A DNA stretch of 64,000 nucleotides from an uncultured Gemmatimonadales bacterium (GTDB lineage: Bacteria > Gemmatimonadota > Gemmatimonadetes > Gemmatimonadales > GWC2-71-9). The position numbers and the translations under genes were made by a program. Below, one piece after another: positions 29,092 through 38,700 of this stretch. The stretch covers positions 288,001-352,000 of the forward strand of contig CAVSQW010000009.1 of NCBI GenBank assembly GCA_963730185.1, in the 5' to 3' direction. The notes below the pieces were generated by a model that had not been told where the DNA came from, did no database searches, and saw nothing but the letters and a program-made list of their open reading frames with translations. Within the stretch, counting starts at the first letter, position 1. Every line of letters starts with the position of its first letter.

Positions 29092-30453
29092 GTGTCTTCT
29101 CCTTCGGTCAGTTACGCTCGGCGGCTCGGCCTGGCGAGCGGCACCATGGCGGTGATCGGCGGGATCATCGGGTCGGGGATCTTCCTCAACCCGTCGATCG
29201 TGGCGCAGCGGGTCGGCTCGGCGCCGCTGACACTGCTGGCCTGGATCCTGGGCGGCGTGGTGGCGGTGCTGGGTGGCTTCATCTACGGCGAGCTGGGGCA
29301 GCGCATGCCGGAGGCGGGTGGCGGATATGCCTACCTCCGTGACGGTCTCCATCCCCTGCTGGGCTTTCTCTACGCCTGGGCGCTCCTGCTCACCATCGCC
29401 ACGGGGGCGGCGGCCGCGGTCGCCTACACCTTCGCCTCCTACGCGGCCGCCCTGATCGGGTTGGGCCCCCGGAGCGTCGCCCCGCTGGCCGCGGGCGCCA
29501 TCTGGGCCTTTGCCTTGGTGAATCTCTTCGGGGTGCAGTTCGGGGCCTGGACCCAGAACCTGTTCGTGGTCCTCAAGCTTGCCGCGCTCGGCCTGCTGAT
29601 CGTCGCCGGGTTCCTGCTCGTGCCGACCGGGCCGCTACCGAGTTGCGGGGACTGTCCGGCTCTGGTTCCGCCGTCCGGCTTCGGGGCCGCGTTCGGGGCA
29701 ATGGCCGCCGCGTTCGTGCCGGTGCTGTTCGCGTACGGGGGCTGGCAGCAGACCAACTTCATCGCCGAAGAGATCATCGAGCCCGAGAGGAACCTGCCCC
29801 GAGCCCTGATCCTGGGGGTGGCGGTGGTGGTGACGGTCTATCTGCTGGCCAACGGCGCCTACCTTCGCGCTCTCGGCGCGGGAGGCCTGGCGGCCAGCCG
29901 GGCCCCGGCGGCCGACACCCTCGGCCTCACCCTCGGACCGGTGGGGCGCCGCCTGATCGCCCTCGGCGTCGCGGTTTCCACCGCGGGGTTCCTCAACCTG
30001 GTCACGATGGTCTCGCCCCGGGTGTACCAAGCCATGGCGCGCGACGGCCTCTTCTTCGAGGCGTTCGCCCGGCTCCATCCCCGTTGGCGGACCCCGGTGG
30101 TGGCGATCCTGTTCCAGGCGGCCTGGGCCACCGCTTTGCTCTACTCAGGCACCTACGCCCAGCTGCTCGACTATGTGGTCTTCGCCGACTGGATCTTCTT
30201 CGGGCTCACCGCGGTGGCGCTGCTCATGATTCGTCGCCGGGATCCGGCGGGCAGGTCGCGCGGATTCCGCGTTCCGGGATACCCGGTAACGGTTTGGCTT
30301 TTCATCGGGGCGGCCGCCTACGTCTTGGTCGGGTCGGTGCTATCGAATCCCGGCAATGCCCTCCGCGGCGCCGGCCTGCTGGCGTTGGGCGTGCCGCTCT
30401 ACCTCTGGCGTCGCGAGTCTCGACGCTCCAGGGGGCCGATGGAGCGAAATTAG
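29092..30453 (+). CDS. APC-superfamily amino acid permease (LAT-like)
   Basis: GIIGSGIF, FAYGGW, EEI..PERNLPRA, PRVYQAMARDG; about 12 hydrophobic segments. Confidence 0.92.
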   Translation: MSSPSVSYARRLGLASGTMAVIGGIIGSGIFLNPSIVAQRVGSAPLTLLAWILGGVVAVLGGFIYGELGQRMPEAGGGYAYLRDGLHPLLGFLYAWALLLTIATGAAAAVAYTFASYAAALIGLGPRSVAPLAAGAIWAFALVNLFGVQFGAWTQNLFVVLKLAALGLLIVAGFLLVPTGPLPSCGDCPALVPPSGFGAAFGAMAAAFVPVLFAYGGWQQTNFIAEEIIEPERNLPRALILGVAVVVTVYLLANGAYLRALGAGGLAASRAPAADTLGLTLGPVGRRLIALGVAVSTAGFLNLVTMVSPRVYQAMARDGLFFEAFARLHPRWRTPVVAILFQAAWATALLYSGTYAQLLDYVVFADWIFFGLTAVALLMIRRRDPAGRSRGFRVPGYPVTVWLFIGAAAYVLVGSVLSNPGNALRGAGLLALGVPLYLWRRESRRSRGPMERN

Positions 30454-30628
30454 GCACGGCGGAGCCGATCGGCCTTCGCCAAGCCTCCGCGGGCGCCCCC
30501 CTCAGTCAGGGGAGCCGGCGCCTCACCTGTCCTTTTCCCGTCGTTCAATCTCAACCAGCCGCACGCTGACGGTCCCGGCCGTCGGCCGGACCGGCGTGAC
30601 GGTATAGGCACTAGCGGGAGGCAGTCCG

Positions 30629-31009
30629 ATGAAAGGTTCGATCTCGATCTTGATGACGAGCGCGGCATTCCTGGCTGCGGGTTGCGCCCAGAGCACACTG
30701 ACGTCCCCCGGCTCCGGTCCGGCCCAGGTGTTGATCGCGAGCGGTGATGCGCAGACCGCCGCCGTCGGGGCGCCGCTTCCGACTCCGCTCGGCGTGATGG
30801 TAATCGATGACAACGGCAAGCCCGTGTCGGGCGTGACGGTGGCCTTCGCGGCAACGGCCGGGAGTCTGGCGAGCACCACCGCCACCACCGACGCGAACGG
30901 CATGGCGCAGGACACGTTCACCCTCGGAAGCACCGCGGGCGACGAGACTGTCACCGCCACGGCTGCGGGGGTGCCGACGCCCGCCACGTTCACGGAGACC
31001 GGATCGTAA
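30629..31009 (+). CDS. Lipoprotein with one bacterial Ig-like (Big_1/invasin-type) domain
   Basis: RBS GGAGG; lipobox LAAGC; SGDAQTA.VG..LP.PL.V.V.D..G.PV.GVTV.F and TTDANG.A motifs. Confidence 0.82.
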   Translation: MKGSISILMTSAAFLAAGCAQSTLTSPGSGPAQVLIASGDAQTAAVGAPLPTPLGVMVIDDNGKPVSGVTVAFAATAGSLASTTATTDANGMAQDTFTLGSTAGDETVTATAAGVPTPATFTETGS

Positions 31010-31034
31010 AGCCTCTGTGACGTCAACGCGAACG

Positions 31035-31064
31035 CGAGGGGGGGCGGCGATCCGCCCCCCCTCG
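31035..31064. terminator. Hairpin between convergent genes (putative terminator)
   Basis: Perfect 13-bp stem CGAGGGGGGGCGG / CCGCCCCCCCTCG with CGAT loop; no U-tract. Confidence 0.6.
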
Positions 31065-31087
31065 TCGCGTCGGGAACCGGTGTCCCC

Positions 31088-31651
31088 TCAGGTCGCGGGC
31101 ACCAGCTCCCGCCGCCACCGCACCAGCCCGTTGAGGGCGAGCCCGAGAAAGACGGCGTACTGCACCGCGGTGGGGTATTCCTGTCGGTACACGAAAAGGG
31201 GGACCGAGATCACGTTCACGGCCACCCAGATGATCCAGGTCTCGAAGTACTTCCGGGCCATCATCCACTGGGCGGCCATGCTGATGACCGAAACGCCGGC
31301 GTCGAGGAACGGCTGCCGGTCCTCGGTGTAGTGCGCCAACGTCCATCCCAACCCGGCCGTGGCGATGGCCGAGAGCCCCAGGATGGCGAGTCCGAGCCCG
31401 GTCGGCGTTCGGGTGACCTTCACCCCTTGGTGCTGCTCCCCTCCGCGGAGCCACTGATACCAGCCGTAGACCGAGATCGCGAAGAACACTACCTGAAGCC
31501 CCATCAGAGCGTAGAGCTTGCCCTGGTAGAAGATCAGGGTGAACAGGGCGACGTTCACGATCCCGGTGGGCCACCCGAGGACGTTCTGCCGGGCGTTGAA
31601 GTACACGGCGACGATGCCGAAGACGACCGCGGTGGTCTCGAGCCAGTTCAT
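31088..31651 (-). CDS. pnuC: PnuC-family vitamin / nicotinamide riboside transporter
   Basis: WPTGIVN, LQVVF...YGWYQW, PFLDA, AQWMMARKYFETWIIWVAVN (WxxWxxxN motif); start at MNWLET. Confidence 0.88.
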   Translation of the reverse strand: MNWLETTAVVFGIVAVYFNARQNVLGWPTGIVNVALFTLIFYQGKLYALMGLQVVFFAISVYGWYQWLRGGEQHQGVKVTRTPTGLGLAILGLSAIATAGLGWTLAHYTEDRQPFLDAGVSVISMAAQWMMARKYFETWIIWVAVNVISVPLFVYRQEYPTAVQYAVFLGLALNGLVRWRRELVPAT

Positions 31652-32193
31652 CGCCGGGTCTCCGGGGGGCGAAAGTCGTCGAGCCGGGTGAGCAGGTCGT
31701 CGAGGCTTCGGGACAGCACCAACATTCCCCGCTGCGACTCGCGGACGAACCGGTCCAGGGCCTCGTCGCCGGCCCGTTGGAGCAGGGCGGAGTAGTAGCC
31801 GGTCTCGTCGAGCAGGCCGATCGGAAGCGAGGAGCCGCTCACCGCGGCTTCCCAGAGGGCGAGGACCTCCTCGAGCCGATCGAAGGCGCCCGGCAGGGCG
31901 AGGACAGCGTCGGCCAGCATGAGCATCTCGCGGCGCTGCTGGTCGCCGTTCTCGACTCGCCGGGTCTCGGTGAACCCGATCTCGCCGGGGGGGGCCACGC
32001 CCACTCCGACGACCCGCCCCCCGGCGGCCAACGCCGTGTCGACCGTGGTCCGGGCGGGTCCAGTGGCCTCGGCGGCCACCACCAGGGTGATCGCCCGGTC
32101 GGGCAGTTGGCGCCCGACCCGCTGGGCGGCTGCTTGCTCGTCGGGGGTCGCCACCTCCGTGGCACTGGCGAAGACGGCGACGCGTCGCAGCAC
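31648..32193 (-). CDS. Degenerate LOG-family (phosphoribohydrolase-like Rossmann fold) protein
   Basis: RVAVFASA, ALAAGGRVVGV, ADAVLALPG...LEE, PIGLLD..GYY..L follow the LOG layout, but the catalytic motif is altered. Confidence 0.75.
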   Translation of the reverse strand: MLRRVAVFASATEVATPDEQAAAQRVGRQLPDRAITLVVAAEATGPARTTVDTALAAGGRVVGVGVAPPGEIGFTETRRVENGDQQRREMLMLADAVLALPGAFDRLEEVLALWEAAVSGSSLPIGLLDETGYYSALLQRAGDEALDRFVRESQRGMLVLSRSLDDLLTRLDDFRPPETRR

Positions 32194-32202
32194 GGAGGCG
32201 CG

Positions 32203-32358
32203 CTAGTAACGAATGGCGTAGTAGATCACGTAGATCCAGGACAGGATCCCGTGGAGGATCGCCCAGAGGATCGACTTGTTGGCCGTCCACGAGATGGCGA
32301 TGGCGAGCGCGCTGCCGAACGAGACGCCGGCCCGCGCGACTTCGATTCGTCTGGACAT
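32203..32358 (-). CDS. Small (51 aa) two-helix membrane protein
   Basis: Strong RBS AGGAGG before the ATG at 32358; MSRRIEVARAGVSFGSALAIAISWTANKSILWAILHGILSWIYVIYYAIRY. Confidence 0.8.
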   Translation of the reverse strand: MSRRIEVARAGVSFGSALAIAISWTANKSILWAILHGILSWIYVIYYAIRY

Positions 32359-32369
32359 GATTCCTCCTC

Positions 32370-35300
32370 TCAAGGGGCCGGCGGGGCGGTGACCGCCGGT
32401 ACGTTCAGGCTCCGGACCAGAGCGTTCAGGTCGTCGAGCCGGGGACCCAGCAGGCCGGTGACGTCCGGTCGCATCGCCTGCCACTCGGCCTCGAGATCCC
32501 GCCAGCGGTCCTCCATCCCCTGCGTGACCGGCTGGTCGGTGCCGTCGATGGCCGCCATCAACGTGAAGAGCTGGTCGTTGAGCCCGTTCTTGAAGTTGAC
32601 GACGTCCTGGAACGTCTTGCTCTTGACGTCGACCATCCGTCCCAGAACCGAGTCGATCGCGGCGACCAGCGGCTTGGCCCGGGCGGCGACGGTGTCGGCC
32701 TGAGGCCGGCCCTCGAGGCGATGCTGGAGCGTCCCGAGCTGATCCTCGACGCCCCGAAGCTGAATCGCGGCTCGGTGAATCTCGTTGACCCGGTCCATGA
32801 TCGCCGCGAGGAGCCGCTGCTGTTCCCGAACGGTCTCGGGGCTGGGCGCGGTCCGGGGGTCGACCTCGACGGTGAGCGGACGGGTCTGGGATTCGCTTCC
32901 CACAGTCAGCCGGACCTGGTACCCGCCCGGGGCGACCCGATAGCCCGCCGAGCCGCCGCCTTCGGCCGTTTGAATGCCCGGGACCTTGATTGCCGGCTCG
33001 GTCCGAAGATCCCAGACGAAGCGATTCAGGCCGGCCTTCGGGGTGAGGTGCGCGTGGGGTGGCCGCCCGGGTTTCGGGTCGGCGCTGGTGGCGGTGCGCA
33101 CCACCCGACCCTGGGCGTCGAGGAACTCGAGCGTGAGGGTCGTGCCGCTGTCCGGGGCGGCCGCCAACCGGTAGCTGATGACCGCTCCCTGCGGGGCGTT
33201 CCGCCCCGTGCCGGGGGTCGCGCTGTTCGCGCCGAGGTCGGTGCGGTACGCCGCCCGCGGGGTGAACAGAAAGGTCGCGGCCCCGGCCGAGGCCTCGGTG
33301 AGCTCTTCGACCGGGGAAAGGTCGTCCAGGATCCAGAACCCGCGCCCCTCGGTCGAGATGACCAGGTCTTTCCGTCGAACCTGCATGTCGGTGACCGGCA
33401 CGTGGGGCAGGTCGAGCTGGAGCGACTGCCAGTGGCCGCCGTCGTCGAACGAGACCCAGGCGCCGGTCTCGGTCCCGGCGTACAGCAGGCCCGGCCGATT
33501 CGGGTCTTCACGGACCACCCGCACCGGCTCGCCGGCGGGCAGCCCGGTCACGAGCGTGGTCCAGCTGGCGCCGAAGTCGGTGGTCCGGTAGATGAGCGGC
33601 GCGTTGTCGTTCCACTTCCAGCGGCTCACGGCCACGTAGGCCGTCGCGGAGTCGTGAGGTGACACCTCGATGCTGTTGATCAGCGACTCGGGGAGGCCTT
33701 TGGGGGTGACGTTGGTCCAGGTCCGGCCGCCGTCGCGGGTAAGCTGCACCAGCCCGTCGTCGGTGCCGACCCAGATGACCCCGGCCCGGTGCGGCGATTC
33801 CACCAGGTAGTAGATCGTGCCGTAGACCTCACCGCCCGCCCCTTCGTTGGTGATCGGCCCGCCGCCGGCGCCCTGGTGTCGCTTGTCGTTCCGGGTCAGG
33901 TCCGGGCTGATCGCGGTCCAGGAATGGCCTCGGTCGCTGGATCTGAAGAGCCGGTTGCCGCCGTGATAGATGACGTGCCGGTCGTGGGGCGAGGTGGCGA
34001 TCGGGGCGCTCCAGTTCCAGCGATACTTCGTCTGGTCGGACGGCTCTCCCAAGCCGTTGAACGGGTACTCCATCACGTCCCGGGCGGTTCCCAGCTCGTT
34101 GTCGTACTCGGTGATGGCGCCGTTGTAGCACCCGGCGTAGAGGTAGCGGGGGTGCTCGGGGTCGAACGCCACGTGCGCGCTCTCGCAGCCGCCGGCGTCG
34201 TGCCAGTCGCGGCTGGTGATCCCCGGGCCCACGACGGCGTTGGGAATGGCGACGCTGCTGTTGTCCTGCTGGCCGCCGTAGACCCAGTAGGGGAAGCGGT
34301 CGTCGGTGTTGACCCGGTAGAACTGGCCCGTCGGCTGGTTGTCGATCGAGGACCAGGTGGTCCCGCCGTCGAACGAGATGGCGGCCCCGCCGTCGTCGGC
34401 CTTGATCAGGTTGGCCGGGTCGTCCGGGTTGATCCAGAGGAAGTGGTTGTCGCCGTGGCGGTCAGGCAGAGGAGTGAACGACTTCCCGGCGTCGATCGAC
34501 TTGAGCACCGGAGCGTTGATGACGTAGACCACGTCGGCGTTGGCCGGGTCGGCGGTGACCCGCATGTAGTACCAGGAGCGGGCCTGCAACACCCGGTCGC
34601 CGTTGATCAGCTTCCAATGGGCCCCGGCGTCGTCGGACCGGTAGAGTCCGCCATGGTCGGCCTCGACGACGGCCCAGACCCGGCTCGGATCCGGTCGTGA
34701 CACCGCGATCCCGATCTTTCCCATCAGGGGTGGCAGGCCCTCGGTGAGCCGGGTCCAGGTGTCGCCGCCGTCGGTGGTCTTCCAGATCCCGCCGTGCGCC
34801 CCGCCGCTGCGGACGTACCAGGGCAGCCGTTGGGCATCCCACATCGCGGCGTAGAGGATCCGGGGATTGGTCGGGTCCATCGCCAGGTCGCTCGGTCCCG
34901 TGAGCGAGTCCGGGCTCACCAACACTGCCTTCCAGGTCTTCCCGCCGTCGCTGCTCCGGAACACCCCGCGCTCGGCGTTGGGCCCCCAGCGGCTGCCCTG
35001 CGCGGCGACATAGACCAGGTCGGGATCGGTGGGATGAACGATGACCTTGGAGATGGTGCGCGACTCGGTGAGTCCGGCATGGCTCCAGGTCTTCCCGGCG
35101 TCGGTCGACCGGTAGACGCCATCGCCCCAGGACGACGAGACACCTCGGACGGGCGCCTCGCCCATCCCGGCGTAGATGACGTTCGGGTCGCTCGGGGCCA
35201 CCGCCAACGAGCCGACCGAGCCCATCGCGATCTGGCCGTCGGCGATCGGCTTCCAGCTATAGCCGGCGTTCTCGGTCTTCCAGATGCCGCCGCCGGTGGC

Positions 35301-35519
35301 GCCCAGGTAGTAGAGGCGGGGCTGGCCGGGCACTCCTGCGACGGTCGTGACCCGGCCGCCGCGATAGGGGCCGATGTTCCGCCAGGTGAGGCCGTGCAGG
35401 ACCGACGCGTCGAGGCCGGGCCGGTTGGCCTGGCGGGTCTTCTGCGCCGCAGCGGTAGCCGGTATGGCCGCGCCAAGCGCGGTGAGGACGGCGACGGAGA
35501 GCCACAGTCGCTTCGTCAT
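32370..35519 (-). CDS. Secreted VPS10/BNR (Asp-box) repeat glycosyl-hydrolase-like protein
   Basis: Signal peptide; WRNIGPYRGGR; many S/T-x-D-x-G-x-T/S-W Asp boxes; C-terminal helical region. Confidence 0.9.
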   Translation of the reverse strand: MTKRLWLSVAVLTALGAAIPATAAAQKTRQANRPGLDASVLHGLTWRNIGPYRGGRVTTVAGVPGQPRLYYLGATGGGIWKTENAGYSWKPIADGQIAMGSVGSLAVAPSDPNVIYAGMGEAPVRGVSSSWGDGVYRSTDAGKTWSHAGLTESRTISKVIVHPTDPDLVYVAAQGSRWGPNAERGVFRSSDGGKTWKAVLVSPDSLTGPSDLAMDPTNPRILYAAMWDAQRLPWYVRSGGAHGGIWKTTDGGDTWTRLTEGLPPLMGKIGIAVSRPDPSRVWAVVEADHGGLYRSDDAGAHWKLINGDRVLQARSWYYMRVTADPANADVVYVINAPVLKSIDAGKSFTPLPDRHGDNHFLWINPDDPANLIKADDGGAAISFDGGTTWSSIDNQPTGQFYRVNTDDRFPYWVYGGQQDNSSVAIPNAVVGPGITSRDWHDAGGCESAHVAFDPEHPRYLYAGCYNGAITEYDNELGTARDVMEYPFNGLGEPSDQTKYRWNWSAPIATSPHDRHVIYHGGNRLFRSSDRGHSWTAISPDLTRNDKRHQGAGGGPITNEGAGGEVYGTIYYLVESPHRAGVIWVGTDDGLVQLTRDGGRTWTNVTPKGLPESLINSIEVSPHDSATAYVAVSRWKWNDNAPLIYRTTDFGASWTTLVTGLPAGEPVRVVREDPNRPGLLYAGTETGAWVSFDDGGHWQSLQLDLPHVPVTDMQVRRKDLVISTEGRGFWILDDLSPVEELTEASAGAATFLFTPRAAYRTDLGANSATPGTGRNAPQGAVISYRLAAAPDSGTTLTLEFLDAQGRVVRTATSADPKPGRPPHAHLTPKAGLNRFVWDLRTEPAIKVPGIQTAEGGGSAGYRVAPGGYQVRLTVGSESQTRPLTVEVDPRTAPSPETVREQQRLLAAIMDRVNEIHRAAIQLRGVEDQLGTLQHRLEGRPQADTVAARAKPLVAAIDSVLGRMVDVKSKTFQDVVNFKNGLNDQLFTLMAAIDGTDQPVTQGMEDRWRDLEAEWQAMRPDVTGLLGPRLDDLNALVRSLNVPAVTAPPAP

Positions 35520-35680
35520 GAGATTTCCTCGAGCAGACCGGGAGAATGCCGCCCCGATTGGGCGGCTCCAAACCCTACTCAGGAAGTCGCGGCGGGGCTA
35601 GGAGCCTCCATCACGCCGAACGCCGGGGTCGAGGATACCATCCTCGACCCCGGCGGGGTGTCGTCGGACCGAACGGGTGG

Positions 35681-35742
35681 CCCAGCTGACCGGGTCGGCC
35701 CAGCTGACCGGGTCGGCTCAGCCGACTGGGTCGGCTGAGCCG
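35681..35742. repeat. Three tandem 18-bp units ending in a 13-bp perfect inverted repeat
   Basis: CCCAGCTGACCGGGTCGG x2 (35681-35716), then CTCAGCCGACTGGGTCGG (35717-35734); inverted repeat 35714-35726 / 35730-35742. Confidence 0.85.
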
Positions 35743-38700
35743 GCGTGGCTCAGGGCATCGCGGACCCGCTCGAGCTCGAGCAGCAGCTGATCGAGATAGC
35801 GGCGGGCCTGTCCCACCCGGCGAAGGCGAGCGTCGGCCTCCACCAGGGCGCACAGCTTGGCCATGGCGTCGGCTCCGATCAGGCCGCACATCCCCTTGAG
35901 CGTCTGGGCGAGCCGCTGGGTCTTCTCGGCCTCCTCGGCGATCACCGCGTCCTTGAGCTCGGAGAGCCGGAGCGGCGCTTCGGTCCGGAAGGTATTGGCC
36001 AGCTGCTCGGCCAGCGCCCGCGAGCTGGGATCGCGGTCCGGTCGAAGCTGGTCGAGGAACGACGCACTCGCCGGCGGCAGCTCCGACGGGGCCGCGGCGC
36101 CCGGAGGCGCGGCCTTCTCCAGCGCCGCTCGGACCTCGAGGAAGGCGTGCTCGAGCTCACCGAGGCGACTTGCCGCGGTCTCGAGATCGCCCCGCTCGAC
36201 GTCGGCCTCGACGGTGAAGCAGTCGTCGACCAGCTGGGCGGCGCCCAAGAGCCCACCCATGGCCTTGAGGCTCTGAAGTGCCTGAGTCATCCAGCCCACG
36301 TCGCGGCGTGACGCCGCGGTCGCGAGCTCCGAGATTCGCTGGGGTGCGTCGCGGAGAAACGAGCCGACCACCTGTTGGGCGAAGATGCCGCTGCCGGAGG
36401 CCAGCTGCTCCACGATGGCCTCACCCACCACCGGCAAGCGCTCGGCCGGACGCTCGTCGAGCGTCACGACGGTGCCGCGGGCGGGCGTCCGGATCGAGGG
36501 CTCGGTCGGGTCGGTCGGGGGCAGGACGATGCTCATGGTCCCGACTTCGTAGTCCACCTCCGGCCGATCGGTCGTCTCCTCGGCGGCGAGCGCCTCCGAG
36601 CCGGCCTTGGCGACCGGCTTGCCCTCGGCGACGGGCGGCTCGGCTGCCGGCTCCGCGCTGGTCTCGGCGGCGGACGGGGTCGGCTCGGCCGGCGGCGCGA
36701 GCAACGCGACCGGCTCGGATCGCGCGAGCTCCAGGTCATCGCCCGGCTGGACGACGAGCGAGGCCGAGGTCGGGTTCGAACCGCCCGACAAACCGGACGG
36801 CGTCTGGGGGCCGATCTCGGGTGGCCGGATCAGGCCGTTGGGCGGCTCGATTTCCAAAGCTGGAGGGAGCACCGGCGTCTCGGCCACCCCGGCGTTCTCC
36901 TCCGGGGCCAGTCCGGCCCCGGGTGGGGCGACCTCCACCGAATCCAGGTCGGCGTCGTCGGCCAAATCGAGTCCCGGTCCGTTGGCGACGAAACCCTCGA
37001 TCGCCTTCAGATCCTCAGGGGTCGAGAAGTCGGCGCCTTCGAAGCCGGGCGTGGGCTCGATCTCGAGCTGGTTGGCCTCGACGGTCTCGACCCGATCCAG
37101 GCTGAGGGGCGGGTCGGAATCCTCGACTTCGGCTGGCGCGCTCGCCTCGAACCCGACGCCGGGACCGACCTCGAGGCCGAGATCCAACGGCGTCTGGTCG
37201 GCCGGTTCCACCACCGTCTCGATGCCGGCCGGCGTTGCCGTCGCGAGGTCGATGCCGAGCTCGGCGGGCTCCTCGGATTCCGACCCGGCGTCGATGGCCA
37301 GCTCCGTGGGCGCCATTGCTTCGGGCGCCTCTTCGAGTGCCCGCTCCGACGACGCCACGGTCTCGAGCTCCAGTCCGATCCTGAGCTGGGTCGGCGTCGC
37401 GGTCTCCGGGTCCTGATCGATGACCAGCTCGGCCGGGGTCAAGCTCTCCGGCACGGCGGCCTCGACTTCCAGGTCAACCGCTGCCTCGGTTTCCTCGACC
37501 GAGATGACGTCGGTGTCCAGGTCAGCCACGGCGTCGGTCTCGTCGACCAGGGCGTCGACAGCGGCACCGTGGCCGGGGGCCGCGTCGGACGCGGGCTCGA
37601 TCGCCACCGGTTCGGATTCCACCAGCAGTTGGCCGGTCGGCGTCGCGTCGCCGGTCGGGTCGTTCGTTCGCTCGGTCCACCGGCGGACGACCCGGTCCAG
37701 GTCACTCCGGCCGACCGGCGCCAGCAGCACCTCGTCGACCCCGATCGCGAGGAGCGCCGCTTTCCGCTCGGGGTCGGCCGCGAAGGCCACGATCGGACGC
37801 CGGTCGCCGGAGGCGCCGAGGCCCTGACGAAGCCGGCCGAACGTCTCGGGTTCCCATTCCGCGTCACCAGCCACGAACACGATGGCCGGGCTGCTCCGGT
37901 CGAGCCGTTCCAGGGCCGATTCCGGAGTGGCCGTCATCTCCACGGCCAGGCCGGCCAGGGCAAGCGCCTCGGTCACGTCGAGTTGCTGGGCCGGTGTGGC
38001 CCCAATCAGGAGCGCGCTGGCCGTCTCGGGGGCCGTGAGGCTGGCGAGCATCTCGTCGATGCCCTCGAAGTCGGCGGGGGCGGAGTTCCGCACCTCCGCC
38101 AGCGAGTGCCGGGTGATGAGCGACGGGCCGCGGCCGTTCTCCGAAACCTGGGCGAGGGCGTCGAGGGCGTCGTGCAGCTCGTCGGTGGGCACCGGCTTCC
38201 GGAGATAGGCCGCGAACCCGGCGTGCCAAAGGCGCTTTCCTTCGCCGGGGCTGCCCACGGCCGTGAGAATCACCAGGGCTACCGAAGCCAGCGTCTCGTT
38301 GGCCTTGATCCGCGTGGCCATCTCAGCGTGGACCGGCCGAACGGCGTAGTCGGAGAGCAAGCAGGCCGTGAACGGCGAACTGCCAGCCGCCTCCTCGAGC
38401 AGTTGGTCGTACACCACCGCGAGGTCGTCGGCGAAGGCCGCGGACCAGCCGGCCTCCGCCAGTTGGTCGGAGAGCCGGCGGCGGCTGGCGTGATCGGCCT
38501 CGACGATCAGCATCCGACCGCCTTTGGTGCCGGTGGTCGGCTCGAGCCGGCGATCCTGGGCGGCGGCCGCCACGGGCATCGGCAGCCGGAACCAGAACCG
38601 GCTGCCCTTGTCGACCTCGCTGGTGACGCCGATCTCGCCGTTCATCGAGCAGACCAACTCGGCGCTGATCCGGAGGCCGAGGCCGGTGATCCCGAAGGAC

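Noticed and set aside
35681..35734. 18-bp direct repeats as a possible mini-CRISPR
   Set aside because: Units are contiguous with no spacers, too short, and there are no cas genes.
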